Assembly: GCA_964016885.1 (NCBI GenBank) | Contig: OZ024742.1 | Span: forward strand, 172,732,001-172,796,000 | Direction of reading: 5' to 3' | DNA from: Eledone cirrhosa | Lineage: Eukaryota | Length of the DNA stretch: 64,000 bases | Shown here: positions 40,798-54,067 of the stretch, piece by piece | Position numbering within the stretch: position 1 is the stretch's first letter | Layout: each line of letters starts with the position of its first letter | The notes under the pieces: model-generated | Databases searched by the model: none | The model's input: only the letters and a program-made list of their open reading frames with translations | What the model was told of the DNA's origin: nothing | Made by a program: the position numbers and the translations under genes

Positions 40798-41400
40798 CCT
40801 AACACCAGTGGCTTTTCACAGGGCATCTTTGATCTATGTAGCCGTGCGTTATCAAGAGGAAATAGGACATGACCAATTTGTGGCCGCACCTGTGCGATTT
40901 TCACCACTGATATTTCAAATTGTTGTCAATTAATGTAAGACCTCATGCTGGTGTTCACTGAGAGCAGCTCGTAGTGGATGATACCTTCCCAGTAGTTCAG
41001 TAGGGCCTTGCCAGTCGTAGGGACATGCATTGTTTGCCGACATAGCATACTCTATCAACTGCCGATCCCATGCGTTTGAGACTATTGTAGTGACATGATA
41101 TTGGAGCACCAGTGACGATGGAAAATAACCGGATGATTGTGTGCTCTTTAGTGAGCGGAGAAATCCCAACTGCCACACTATATTCAGGATTACAGTCAAA
41201 CAGATTGTGGGGTACCCATTGCTGCAGATTGCAAACCTTTCCTCATTGCATGTAAGTGTTTGAAGATGGTGGTTTTCGATAACTCAATCGCTTAACCAAT
41301 TCGGAGAGTTGACGTGATGTCTAGCGTGAGTCGGTTTCTACCAGCTCTCAAAGAGATGGAAGGCTGTAATCACCGGAACGGCTAAACACATAAGTCATTG
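40798..41400 (-). mobile_element. Decayed mariner transposase relic
   Basis: SIVTG..HYNS, YWEGIIHYELL, VRPQIGHVLFPLDNARLH..EKPLVLG. Confidence 0.8.
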
Positions 41401-42008
41401 TCGTTTAAGTAGTAAAGAGACTGGAATATGATATTTTCAACAATACATGATTTCTTTCTCAAAAAACAAATAATTCTAATTAGTTCCTTTTCTAGAAAAC
41501 TCTAAGAAATGTTGAAATAATTAACAGGCAGACACACAATATATTTTCAGGAACTTATTCAAGTTCATGTGAGATATTTACGTCTTATGTCATACCCAAT
41601 GCGTCAGTGTTATCAATACAGACATCCATGTACACAGTGAACAATTAGAGACATTGCAGCGATTAAAGTGCCTGGAGACTATCATTTATTCTTTCTAGCA
41701 GTGTCTAACTGTCAGCGATTGTGGGAAGTGGATTGTTGAAATACCAACACCATTATTAAACTGAAACTTTATTTCATAGACCCCGGTAGGTTTAGAAGCA
41801 ATGTCGACCACGGCCATATTTGTTCTCAGAAGGTAGACAATCATATCTGAGCACTACCATTGTTGATAAAGTGATAAGACAGGACAACCTTACAAGGACA
41901 GCACAGACGATGACTTCACTAACCAAGCTCAACCAAAATATAGAAATAAAATTAAAACAGCATGAATAACATGACAAGCCAATTGCTTTCACTGGTGATT
42001 TAGATATT

Positions 42009-42068
42009 GAAGAAGAAGAAGAAGAAGAAGAAGAAGAAGAAGAAGAAGAAGAAGAAGAAGAAGAAGAA

Positions 42069-42099
<31 letters not shown>

Positions 42100-42180
42100 A
42101 AGAAGAAGAAGAAGAAGAAGAAGAAGAAGAAGAAGAAGAAGAAGAAGAAGAAGAAGAAGAAGAAGGAGAAGAAGAAGAAA
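42009..42180. repeat. (GAA)n microsatellite
   Basis: Direct reading. Confidence 0.98.
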
Positions 42181-42299
42181 TACAGAAAGACGCAGGTAAT
42201 ATAAATGACATGTTCACACAAAATATTAGCTATCTCATACATCATTCATTCAAAAACGACCTGTTTCACAAAATAATCCGGCATCACATTGGCCACCAT

Positions 42300-42520
42300 G
42301 AAAATTACCCACAAGAGTAATGGAACGAAAACTGTGATTCTATGGCTATTTAACAATATCCAGTAACGTCGCAAAGAGCATTCCACACGGAATTATGGAA
42401 CAGTAGGATGGAGAGAGCGGAAAAGATGGACAAACGACATCTAAGATTCGATCGGCAAATTCTTGAAGCTACAGGATACATGGTACCTAACTTCGAACGA
42501 TGGAAATGGAGGATCTGGTG
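42300..42520 (+). mobile_element. RTE-type LINE 3' fragment
   Basis: FYGYLTISSNVAKSIPHG..RERKRWTNDI..ERW resembles the RTE C-terminus. Confidence 0.55.
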
Positions 42521-42649
42521 CTGAGAATATCACGATAGGATTGAACATATATCCATAATAAGATATATTGTTTTGTAATGGGATATATATGTTTCATGAA
42601 TAGATTTTTTTCAGATATGGCCTAAATATTATTTACGCATATATATCCT

Positions 42650-42681
<32 letters not shown>

Positions 42682-42692
42682 CCTATAAATAA

Positions 42693-42729
<37 letters not shown>

Positions 42730-43728
42730 CACGCACATCTGTATGTGTATGTATGTATGCTTCAATGTATGTGTGCGTATTTGTCGGCAATTTGCATTAC
42801 CTATTCCACAGATGCGTGTAATTATTAACCACCAATTAAAAAAATAAAATCTAACTTAATCATAAAAAGATGGATTGCGTTATATCCTGCTCCTAGATGT
42901 CCGAAATTTGATCCGCTTCTTTCAAAATAGTAATCTCTACTAAAGTCAATTAAATATTAGGTGAGGTCTCCATCTAGGACATTTCACTCGTAAGGCTAAC
43001 AGAGAACATATTCTAATTTAGCCACATGGTGAGGTTGAACCGCAAAACATGTAATTGAGTCACCAGAAATACATTACGTTTAGAGTCAATTTGAATAGTA
43101 ATCATAAAAATCGATCTTTGATAATTGCATTTAGTGTTGTTTATAAAGAATAAACTCTCTCAAGCTTGCTTTGTTAAGTCAGCCAATTATTAAAACAAAC
43201 GAAATATTAAAACATGCAAATATCCAGTTCCTTTGATCATTTTCTAACAAAAAGTTGTGGTGTTTGTCATCTCTAGACCCTGAACGATGAAAAAATAATT
43301 TAAAATGTAACAAGCAATAATTTCATCTGAAAGAAAAAGGAAATATAAATCATATTGATGATAAAAGGATTCAATAACTTTCCTTTATTGATTTGTGTTT
43401 CTGCACTGTTTCATGTAATTGGCAAAATCGTTACACCTGTGAAATAGAATGTTTCCCTCTCGGTGTTAAGGCGCTTTGATTTCAAATCTCACCAAACCCA
43501 ACTATGTCTGCAAACCTTTCAGAGTCGATAGGTAATACATCAATAGAAACGTCCTACATCATTTTAGTAATTATCTGTCAAAGTTCTTTGCCCTTTGAGT
43601 TGAAATTCTAACCAAACACACGAAAAGTGGTGACAATTCCACCCAAAGATGAGATCGGCAAATCACATCAACAATGGAAAGACTAATACAAATACCGCTC
43701 TCTTGGTTATTTCCATGTTTTTATATGT

Positions 43729-43917
43729 AATTGTTTCTACTTTTGGAACAAGACCAGCAATTACCCAGTGCATTACTGGTACTCTATTTTATCGACCCCG
43801 TAAGGATGAAAGGCAAAGTTAACCTCGGCGAGATGTGAACTCAGATCATAAAGAGACATAACTCTATGTTTCAAAGCATGCTGTCCGACTCTCTACCGAT
43901 ACTGCCAATCCACCGCC
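43729..43917 (-). mobile_element. tRNA-derived SINE, full length
   Basis: Head GGCGGTGGATTGGCAGTATCGG, B box, core and tail. Confidence 0.9.
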
Positions 43918-44746
43918 TTTTTTAAATATGTAATATTAATATATTTGGTTTCTATATCTTTTCTAACCTGTCTTGATTTGCTATTCGTATATAAAATGTC
44001 TATGTATTTAGTAGTTAGTAAGGTTTCGTAATATAACTATATCATAGTGGGATCTAGTAATAGCGTATAAATGGTTTAAAACATTACCTGTTACCACAAT
44101 GACATATATAACATATACACCGTTAGGTGTATATCATTATCGAGTATAAATGCATATTCAAAATTTGATTTAATTCGTCATATATATCTTAAGTGAGTAT
44201 AGGGTTATAATGTAAAAGCGCATAACTTTAAGATTTCTTCTTGTTTCATATTCTGAAATGTTGGGATATTTTTCACTGGAAGTTAAATAAAATATTGAAA
44301 TACTGATGAAACACCTCACCAGATAATTGACTATTCTCCTTCCGATTTTTATTTTCGTATGTTTTTATTTAATTTCATGCCATTATAAATAGCGTTTAAT
44401 TATATATAGGAAGCGGCAAATTGTTGATAAAGCCTTTGCAAAACATGCAGCTTTTCAACGGAAATTGGATGTCTTAATGACATTACATGTAACTGAATCA
44501 TGGAAAATTATTTCCTGGGCTAGAAATAGCTAAGGAAATACTCAAGTACAATATAAATCAAACAACAAAAGTTGAAAATTTACATGAAAACCATTTAGGT
44601 CCAGTTCCCCTTTCCTTGATTTTGTTTTACTCTAATAAGTATATTCATCCTCAGAAAGAAATTGAAGCTGTGCTTGAGGAGAGAAAGTGGTGTGGAACTG
44701 GTGAGAGAGTAAGGGGCAACAGTGGAAAAAGAAATAATATGGCTAA

Positions 44747-44966
44747 ATAATGATTTCTATTATAGGCACAAGGCCAAAAATATGGTGGGAGAGGAAAGTA
44801 GAATAAATCGACCCAGTACGATACTGGTCCTTTATTTTATCAACCACATGAGGATGAAAGGCAAAGTTAACATCGGCGGGATTTGAACTCAGATTATAAA
44901 GGACCGTAACTCTGTGCTGCAATGCATGGAGTCCGAATTTATACCGATTCTGCGAATCCACCGCCC
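44747..44966 (-). mobile_element. tRNA-derived SINE, longer subfamily
   Basis: Same head and core with an extra segment before the tail. Confidence 0.85.
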
Positions 44967-45075
44967 TAATATGACTATATAATGGTTACATTGCGTATCG
45001 GTAAAGGGTAGTGCACTGTCAGAATGTATGTATATATATAAATATATACATAATATATATTTATATGTACATACA

Positions 45076-45134
<59 letters not shown>

Positions 45135-45158
45135 GTGAGTGTGTGTGTGTGCGTGTAC

Positions 45159-45223
<65 letters not shown>

Positions 45224-45225
<2 letters not shown>

Positions 45226-45571
45226 TGCGAGGTTTTTGATATGAAATCGTGTGTCGAAACAAATATTCTTTTACTTGGGAAGAGTCATATTTGTGTAATA
45301 TTGCCAGAATTAATAACAGAACACACTCACTGTTTGGTTGGTTTTCGCTTTTCGCTTCTGTGTCTGTTATATCGGTAATCTAATTTATTCGGTCCTCAAT
45401 GTTGCCATTGACTGACCAACGGTCAAAAATAATACATTGAGGACCGAATAAATTAGATTACCGATATAAAAGACACAGAAGCGAAAAGCGAAAACCAACC
45501 AAACAGTGAGTGTGTTCTGTTATTAATTCTGGCAATATTACACAAATATGACTCTCCCCAAGTATAACAAT
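45224..45571. mobile_element. Family C fold-back with tail
   Basis: Arms about 45265-45402 and 45435-45571; tail 45224-45264. Confidence 0.9.
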
Positions 45572-45601
45572 ATATATAACAATATATATATATATATATA
45601 T

Positions 45602-45666
<65 letters not shown>

Positions 45667-46021
45667 ATATTTTGGGAATTGTTATTTGTTATATTAGTCA
45701 ATTTCCCATTCGTGTCCTCGTCCCCTCATCAAAATAACAAATAAATACAAGTTGTGTTTTTCTCATGCACTTCAGTACGGGTCAAAATGAATAGGGAGAA
45801 TACTTAAGTGAATTATAAAAGAGTTAGCAAATCTTCCTCATTTACTGTAAACTTTGTTTCGCTTATTGAAATTCTATATTAAATTTTAGAGCAGTTTAAC
45901 TAACATTTTAAGTATATTATTGTAGATTTTATCAATTATTAATCTATATTCATGTTAATTTAGCTCTCTCGACAAAGAACGTGAAAACACACGATTATAT
46001 TACCACTATTCCATTATAATA

Positions 46022-46208
46022 ATAATTTCTACATTTGGCACCAGGCCAGCAATTACCCAGTGCATTACTAGTACTTTATTTCATCGACCCCGTAAGTAGG
46101 AAAGGCAAAGTTTACCTCGGCGGATATTTGAACTCAGAATGGCAAGGGCCGTAACTCTATGCGTCAAAGCATGATGTCCGAACATCTACCGATACTGCCA
46201 ATCCACCC
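46022..46208 (-). mobile_element. tRNA-derived SINE
   Basis: Reverse complement of the consensus. Confidence 0.9.
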
Positions 46209-46348
46209 CTAAAAAAAAAAAAAGAGAGCGTGGATGGATTTGAAATATTACTATTCCATGTAAATATGAAAAATCTTTAAAATAAAGAATAGTTATTGAT
46301 GCGGTTGTGTTTTAAATATAAACTATTTAAGCACACATAAATTTATGC

Positions 46349-46386
<38 letters not shown>

Positions 46387-49291
46387 GTATGTATGTATGT
46401 ATGTTCATGTGTATGTGTGTGTGAGTGTGTGTGTGTTAGTGTGCGTGCGTGTGTATCTATAAACAAAGTCATACATATATACGCATATATATGTGTGTAT
46501 TATGAGGGGTGTATGCATGTATATACATACATAATTAATATTCATTGCTATTTTTCTTACATCAATGAGACGACGTGTTGGATGGGGAATTGAGGCATTT
46601 AAATTAATTGCAGATGCAGATTATATCAGCTAGCGTGTTCATTTCTCTCGACGATTAGAAAAGATGTCCTCTCAACTTCATAAACCAGGAAAACAAGCGG
46701 AAAATGAGTACAAAAAATCGCTTAGGTTCAACCCTGTGGTGAATTGGGTTCTTTTGTAATTCCAGTCGACTACTATAAGATCTGGCCGGATGTAACTCCG
46801 GTAGATATTCAAGCATACAAATACTGAAGTAGTATTTACAATCCAGCGTAATTTTATTTTTAATTCACTCTGAGGTGACATCGATTACGTTGCAACATCT
46901 ACTAGTCATACAAACCGAATTCCTTTCGTATAAACTTATGTTCACCAGGACTCAATAAGTCCCAGCCTTTAGAAATATATATATGCCCCATATACCAGGC
47001 GAGGGCATTGTACATGAAAATACACATTTGCAATTCAAATTGGTTAAACACGCTTGTGATGCCAACGCTCAAATATGGGGAATTTCCTGGGTGTAAAAGA
47101 ATATTTAAAAGAGAAAGAAAACAAACAAACAAATAAATATATAACATATATATGAAGCAAATATGAAATGCCCAAATAACTGCGATTCCAATAATACCAA
47201 AACATATGAATCATATTATTATTTCGAACAGAACTCAATAGCGCGAAAAATTAATACGTAGAAACCCACTGACTTTCTCCGTAATTAAATATAACCCTTA
47301 TGCACTAAACTAAAGAGCATAGTCACAGAAAATAAGAACACTTTGGATGTGAGTCGAAAACCTTCAAATTCCGGCATTAGCAGTGAGTGAATTATCATCA
47401 AAGCGTAAACTTATGAAAATCTAAGTAATTCGAAATTAAAAAAAGATACCATCAAGGAAATAAGTGCAACATTTACAATTTCGTAAAAGGAAATGATATA
47501 AGCGAAATTTATTAGCGCTCGCCAAATATATGGTGTTCACATTCAGAATGTTGAATATGCAGACAATTATTTTAAATAGCAAAACAAAAATATGTTTGTT
47601 GCAAGAGAAAAAGGCAAGTAAATGAGATATTACGTTAAAAGTTCCAACTGTAAAAATATTAATACATATTTTTCTCTTCATACAATCAAGTGCAACTGGA
47701 TAGAAAATATATGAAACATTTTAGAACTGTGAATGCCTGGCAATTGAGTGAGACCTTGTGTTATAAAAAAAGTTATTACAACACTGAAAGTCATTTTAAC
47801 CATTCACGTAACACACACATGCGGTTAAATTCACTACACATTTCTTATTTATTTGTTGATGCCAACGGTTTAGTGTTGCTATTTGCAGTATTTAGTGTTA
47901 CTGTTGCAAACAGTGCGACGGAAATATTAGCACCAAGAAATACATTATAAACATAATGGCAATTTGATAGCTTTTGTTTTGTTCAAAATGGTTAAACTGA
48001 TTCTCTAATGATGTAATTAATATTGAACGGATATTTAAAGAAAGGGTTTAAATTATAATATTTGCAAGGATATATGCGATTGCTCGGGTTACCACATAAC
48101 CTAATGCATTTGAATTGTAAATGAAAGAGAACTTTATCAATATGTTGGGGTTAAATGTCATGAAGCTCGTTGCAATATAGTATTATATTGTATTAGCAGA
48201 TTATATGAAATCCTTTAAGCTGCTGAATTTTGAAACATTAACCACCACCTAGTGTGATTTCGGAAATATTTAACAGTTGCTACATAACCTGAAATTTCAT
48301 CTATTTCATAAAACTTTACTTTTCTTACCAGTAAGATTAAGGACAATATATAACTGAATACAACCCTTTTAATTCTCGAATATTAAGACGTTTAACTCTT
48401 AAATTGGAGTTTATGTGACCAAAAGCCTTTTTCTTATCACAATCCGATGGGAGCTAGACTTAATGTATTACGCAGTTTAATCCGACAATCTGCCCCATCG
48501 CTTTCTGCAGCATTCCATCCAGATGATCGATTTCTGTTTTGTAGTTGACGCCCTCTCTCACTTCAGTCTCGGTAGCACTGAGATGTGTTGTGGGTAAAAC
48601 ACTTCCCTCCCAAAATAACTGGTAAATCACAAAAGAAATATAGCTTATGCGCTATGAGGAAGATATATGAAACTGAAAAATATTCATCAAAGGAACAGTG
48701 GGAGAATACTGTTAGCTAGGCGGTTGTTAGGATCAGAATAGGCGAGGGAAACATATTTATATCAATTTCCCAAATAATTTCGGATTTGCATTATGATGGG
48801 AAGTAACTTGAACTGAGACCGTGTGGTGAACTTAAAATAAATCACGTCCAGTAAAAGTCAGTTTAACTATTCAAATAAGACATATTTTACTGTATGTTAC
48901 TCACTACAGGAAAAGATTAAGCCACTAAATACAAGAGTTTACTGCGAAGAGACAAGGACAAGAGAGGCGTAATATAATTCAAGGGTAGTGAAGATGCCAA
49001 TTCCTCTTGCCTTTGAACTTTGGCGAATTGTAGTGGCCAGAAAAGCAAGGTCACTGAAGAGATATCCATAGGTGAGATATACATGTAAAGAAACTTGTAA
49101 TTAGCATTTATATCTAAATTGCTAAATTCCCGTTAGAATTTTGCGCTTCAGTATTATTTGTTTCCTAAGATATGGGCGTCAGCAAATACACATTTCATAA
49201 TCGCATGAACACAAATTATTGTAACTTATCACATGAAACAATTTTAAAGCATAAATATAAATACCATTTCAATATTAAGAAAGCTAGTTGA

Positions 49292-49448
49292 TAATTGTTT
49301 CTACTTTAGGTACATTACTGGTACTTTATTTTATCGACCCCGTAAGAATGAAAGGCAAAGTTAACCTCGGCGGGATTTGAACTCAGACTGTAAATGGACG
49401 TAACTATGCTAGAAAGCATGGCGTCCAGCCGTCTACCGATACTGCCAA
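49292..49448 (-). mobile_element. tRNA-derived SINE with internal deletion
   Basis: Reverse complement of the consensus, lacking about 20 nt near the tail. Confidence 0.85.
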
Positions 49449-49777
49449 GTTGATAATGTGCGCTGGTTAGCTAGGTTATAACTCACAGTCAACCATCGTT
49501 TGTGGTATGTTGTCTACAATGCCTATCTGTTTAGTAGCGCCAACGATGTGTCTTCCACGTCTGAAATGCAATTGATCATAGATCTGCCGAATCAGATTTA
49601 ATCTATGAAAAAATTGAAAGAACACCAATAACAAAACAAGATACATAATATCAAATTGAAATGGCATAACAAAACGGCAGCCATTCTCAATTTGAAAATG
49701 TCAACGGGACAAATTTTGCTATAGCCTGAATCCGTACACGGTTACAGAGAATCAGCAACAATAACAATACCTACCCA

Positions 49778-49809
<32 letters not shown>

Positions 49810-49948
49810 ATTATTGTTACTGTATTAATTACTATATTAATTATTTTCTTAGTTTCAGTAGATCACGTTAAGGGTGAAATCAGCGGTTCTTTACTTAGAC
49901 TTTAATCTGTTATTTAAAATATATATATATACATATTTATATATATAT

Positions 49949-50529
49949 ATTGTTATACTTTGGGAGGGTCATGTTGCCAATAAGAAACACACGCACCAGT
50001 TGCTTTCACTTCAATTTAATTTAATATATATTTATAAATTTACAAATTTATAAATTTCTGGTTGGTTGGTTGGTTCCACAACCAGATAGTTGTTTATATA
50101 TATATAGTCATAGTTCTTTCGTCACACACTCTGTGACCTCTTCAGTGACTGGGGATTTCTTTCTTCGTTTCTGTGCCTTTCCTTTCTTCTATCCTACGCC
50201 ATTTTGTTTGACAAACAAAATGGCGTAGGATAGAAGAAAGGAAAGGCACAGAAACGAAGAAAGAAATCCCCAGTCACTGAAGAGGTCACAGAGTGTGTGA
50301 CGAAAGAACTATGACTATATATATATAAACAACTATCTGGTTGTGGAACCAACCAACCAACCAGAAATTTATAAATTTGTAAATTTATAAATATATATTA
50401 AATTAAATTGAAGTGAAAGCAACTGGTGCGTGTGTTTCTTATTGGCAACATGACCCTCCCAAAGTATAACAATATCGGTTTCAACACACGATTTCAGATA
50501 AAGAATCTTGCTAAACAAATTCAGAAACG

Positions 50530-50531
<2 letters not shown>
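49949..50531. mobile_element. Young perfect fold-back (family B) with tail
   Basis: Palindrome centred at 50211 with about 260-bp identical arms; tail 50476-50531. Confidence 0.95.
50272..50316 (+). ncRNA. Minimal type I hammerhead ribozyme
   Basis: agtca-CTGAAGA-g gtcaca gagtg tgtgac-GAAA-GAAC-TA-tgact. Copy at 50106-50150 (minus). Confidence 0.85.
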
Positions 50532-50589
<58 letters not shown>

Positions 50590-50593
<4 letters not shown>

Positions 50594-51720
50594 GGGAAAA
50601 ATGAAACGAAATTTCATATCCCACTCTTAGTACGGCTGTTACTTAAATATAAGTATGTACACGTACATACATATATGTATACAGACGTACAGTAGTATGT
50701 ATATATATACATACATGCACACATATATATATATGTCCGTATGTATTCACTGAACATTTATTATAATGCTCGGTGTGTTTGTAAACAAACATCCCGTATT
50801 AAGCAGTAGTGTCTAGCAACCATCGTTGCTCGTTTGTTCAACACTGACAAAGGAACGATGTACTAGTTTCAAGCTTATTAGCTATTGTCAGTAACGTATA
50901 CCTTCCTGCCAGATTATTGAACATAAATACTTACCTTATGCATATTAACTGCTGAGTAGCCCAATTTGCATATCGAGTGGGTTAATCGGCCGGGTGCACC
51001 GAAAACGATTAACCGGCCGATTAAGCCACTCGATATGCAAATTGGGCTACTCAGCTGTTAATATGCATAAGGTAAGTATATATGTTGAACAATCTGGCAG
51101 GAAGGTATACGTTGCTGACGATTGCTAATAAGCTTGAAAGCAGTACAGCGTACCTTTGTCAGTGTTGAACAAACGAGCAACGATGGTTGCTAGACACTAC
51201 GGCTTAATACGGGATGTTTGTTTACAAACACACCGAACATTATAATAAATGTTCGTATAAGTGCCCGTATGTATCACGCCTGTGCGAAACATGGACATGG
51301 TTGAGGGAGCCGACAGGTAGAGAAGGCTGCGACACGACGCGAGTGATTCACTCATACAACCCCTTACCTCCTACAGTAGTAATTCCGATTTAAGAAACAA
51401 TTTTGAGTGACAGGTGTTGAATGAAAGGAACCAAATATAGAACGGCCATGTGTGACAAAAAATACCGATGACGTGTACAATTATTGACCACTCATAGAAT
51501 GACAACAACAGGATATAAGCTGCCGAGTTAAAGCCGCGGGTGTAACTGGACATTTGGAAACTCTGCTTCGTAGAAACGAGACGTATCTGACGACCTTGCG
51601 ATTTCAGAGTCAGGTTCGATCATTAAATCGATCGTGCCTCGAGCTGGTCGCCAGAGAAACGATTGTAATATGTCTAATAAATGTTATTCGTCGTAACACT
51701 GATTTTCTTGTTCTTATGTG
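50590..51720. mobile_element. Fold-back of family D (about 421-nt HHR unit) fused to a second HHR element
   Basis: Left arm 50590-51010; inverted arm 51013-51254. HHRs at 50855-50897 (minus), 51109-51151 (plus) and 51580-51674 (plus). Confidence 0.85.
51580..51674 (+). ncRNA. Hammerhead ribozyme with 62-nt domain II
   Basis: gacgtat-CTGACGA-[62 nt]-GAAA-CGATTG-TA-atatgtc (7-bp stem I). Confidence 0.75.
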
Positions 51721-51889
51721 ATATATATATATATATATTGAAAAGTTTTATTTAAAATTGTTGGGTTACAACAAGTAAATATTTTATAACTGATATAAAG
51801 CACTCGACAAGTTTTGGAGTAGATATACGATATTAAACAAATGGAAACTATATTTATAAAACCATATTTATTTCATTATACATATTTAG

Positions 51890-54067
51890 ATATCTTCTTC
51901 TCTAAAAGACATACCTCTACCTAAGAACAAAGACTTTATTAAACAATTAATAGAAAAATCAGACTCTTTTATAAGAAGAATCAGGTGGCGTGCCTTCCAC
52001 TTTGATAAATCTAATCTAAATGAAAATCTTTCAGACTTAGATAAAGTTTTCAAATCTAAAAAAAATCCACCCCCCCAACAAACTATTAATGGATTTTGAA
52101 AACGATATAATTTCTATCATCCAAGGAATCAAATTCAAGAGAAACTTCAAAGGCCAGTACTATCTAAGAAGCATTAAGGATAATATTGAAGGCTTGGAGA
52201 GAACAGAGAAGATCTTGGTGAAATCGGACAAAACCAACAACCTTTATGGAGTGCAAAAAGACATGTATAATGGCCTTATATTGAAAGAACTAAGGAAAAA
52301 GTACAAGGTAGCAAATAAGGACGAACTGGAAAAAATGACTCTTGAGGCATCTTGTATAATGCATGAGTTAGACATTGAGAACAAAACACAACCCTTCTTG
52401 CCTAGGAAACCCAAGATCAATATGAAAGATCACAAAATAAATTTTGAAAATGATTTGCCAGTCAGATTGATTGCACCATCAAAATCTGACCTGGGTAAAC
52501 TTAGCAAAAACATTCTAGACAGGGTGATACAGCAAATTAAAAACTTACATAATTTACCTAACTTAACCTTATGGAAGGGGACTGGTGAAGTTATTGAGTG
52601 GTTTAAAGAAATTAAATATAACAATAATAATAAATTTATTCAAATAGATATTGCTAACTACTATTCATCTATTACCCCTAATCTACTGAATAAGGCACTA
52701 AATTACGCATTCAAACATACAAACCTTACTAGCAATGAAATGCACATTATATTATCGGCAAGGAAAACATTGATAGAATTTAATAACCAACTATGGACTA
52801 GGGCGGATAGAGATAATAATTTCGACATTACTATGGGATCATCTGACTCAGCTCAGGTAACGGACCTTGTGGGCCTATTTATAATTAATTCGCTGCATAG
52901 AAAAATACCTGGTGTAACCGGAGGATTATATCGTGATGACATGCTTTTACTTATTGAAAATAATAAATCTGAACTAAATAGAAAAAAAACAAATTATACA
53001 ATTTTTTAATTACCTTAATCTAAAAATAGAAATATAGAATAACCATAGAATAGTCAATTTCCTAGATGCAACACTAAATCTCAACACATGTCTTCACTAT
53101 CCATTTCACAAACTAAATGAAAACTTGAATTATGTCAATTTTAACTCTAATCACCCCAGATCTGTTAAAAATACTATAGTGAACTCTGTTCAAGAACGTA
53201 TCTCAAGAATTTCATCTAATAAAAATATTTTCGACGAAAAAGCGCAGTATAACAATGAAGCGTTAGCTAGAGCAGGATATAGTGATAAAATTAAGTATAT
53301 CGATAATAATAGGCAAACTAACCAAAATAATAGCAATTTTAATTACGGCAACAACTTTAGCCGGAAAAGAAATAGAACTAGAAATATAATATGGTTTGCC
53401 CCCCCCCCCACCATTCTCACTAAATATTAAAACCCACATTGCTAAACTATTCTTTAATGCTCTTGACAAACACTTCCCTAGAACACATAAATATCACTCA
53501 ATTTTTAATAGACATACTATAAAATTAACTTACTCGTCCACCAAAAATTTAGCACAAAATATTAACAGAATAAATAATAGGAATCTAAAACCTAACCAAA
53601 ATACCGGTAATAACCAAAACGATATTCAATTAAACAACTGTAACTGTAGAAATAAATCTAAATGTCCGTTAAATAACAATTGCTTAGTTAAAAATATAAT
53701 ATACAATTGTAATGTTAAAACTAACTTAAATTCTTTTAACTCTGTTGGTTCCACCTCGACAGAATTTAAACTTCGCTACAATAATCATAAGAATTCTTTC
53801 ACAGATCCAAACAAAAAATCTTCAACCTCACTATCAGGCTTACTCTGGCAACTTAAACATGATAACGGTGGGTATTCGATGTTTTGGAATATTGTCTCAA
53901 GAGAGATTCCTTTTAATTCTTCATCTGAGACATGTGACCTCTGTGTGGAGGAGATATTCTTTATATTAAAATCCCAAAATTCCCTTAATTTAAGGAGCAA
54001 TTTATTCAGTTGCTGCAGACATAGATTGAACTCAACGTTTAAATATAAATATAAATTTAAAATGTAA
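51890..54067 (+). pseudogene. PLE RT + GIY-YIG ORF, disrupted
   Basis: SLKDIPLP..FIRRIRWRA, KSDKTNNLY, KDHK..RLIAPSKSDLG, DIANYYSSI, FDITMGS, GLYRDD, NFLD, CNC..CPL..C..IIY, CDLC..CCRH. Three frameshifts and an in-frame TAG near 53035. Confidence 0.95.

Noticed and set aside
41792-42245. Poly-Ser, poly-Lys and poly-Phe ORFs
   Set aside because: (GAA)n microsatellite.
46561-47147. Host exon or membrane-protein ORF
   Set aside because: Splice-like ends exist, but stops interrupt the frames checked and no family was recognised.
51890-54067. PLE2 as an intact active element with only homopolymer sequencing errors, or as a selenoprotein-type element
   Set aside because: Besides homopolymer frameshifts there is an in-frame TAG near 53035 and a damaged YIG motif (NSVG). 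No in-frame TGA was seen at Cys positions.
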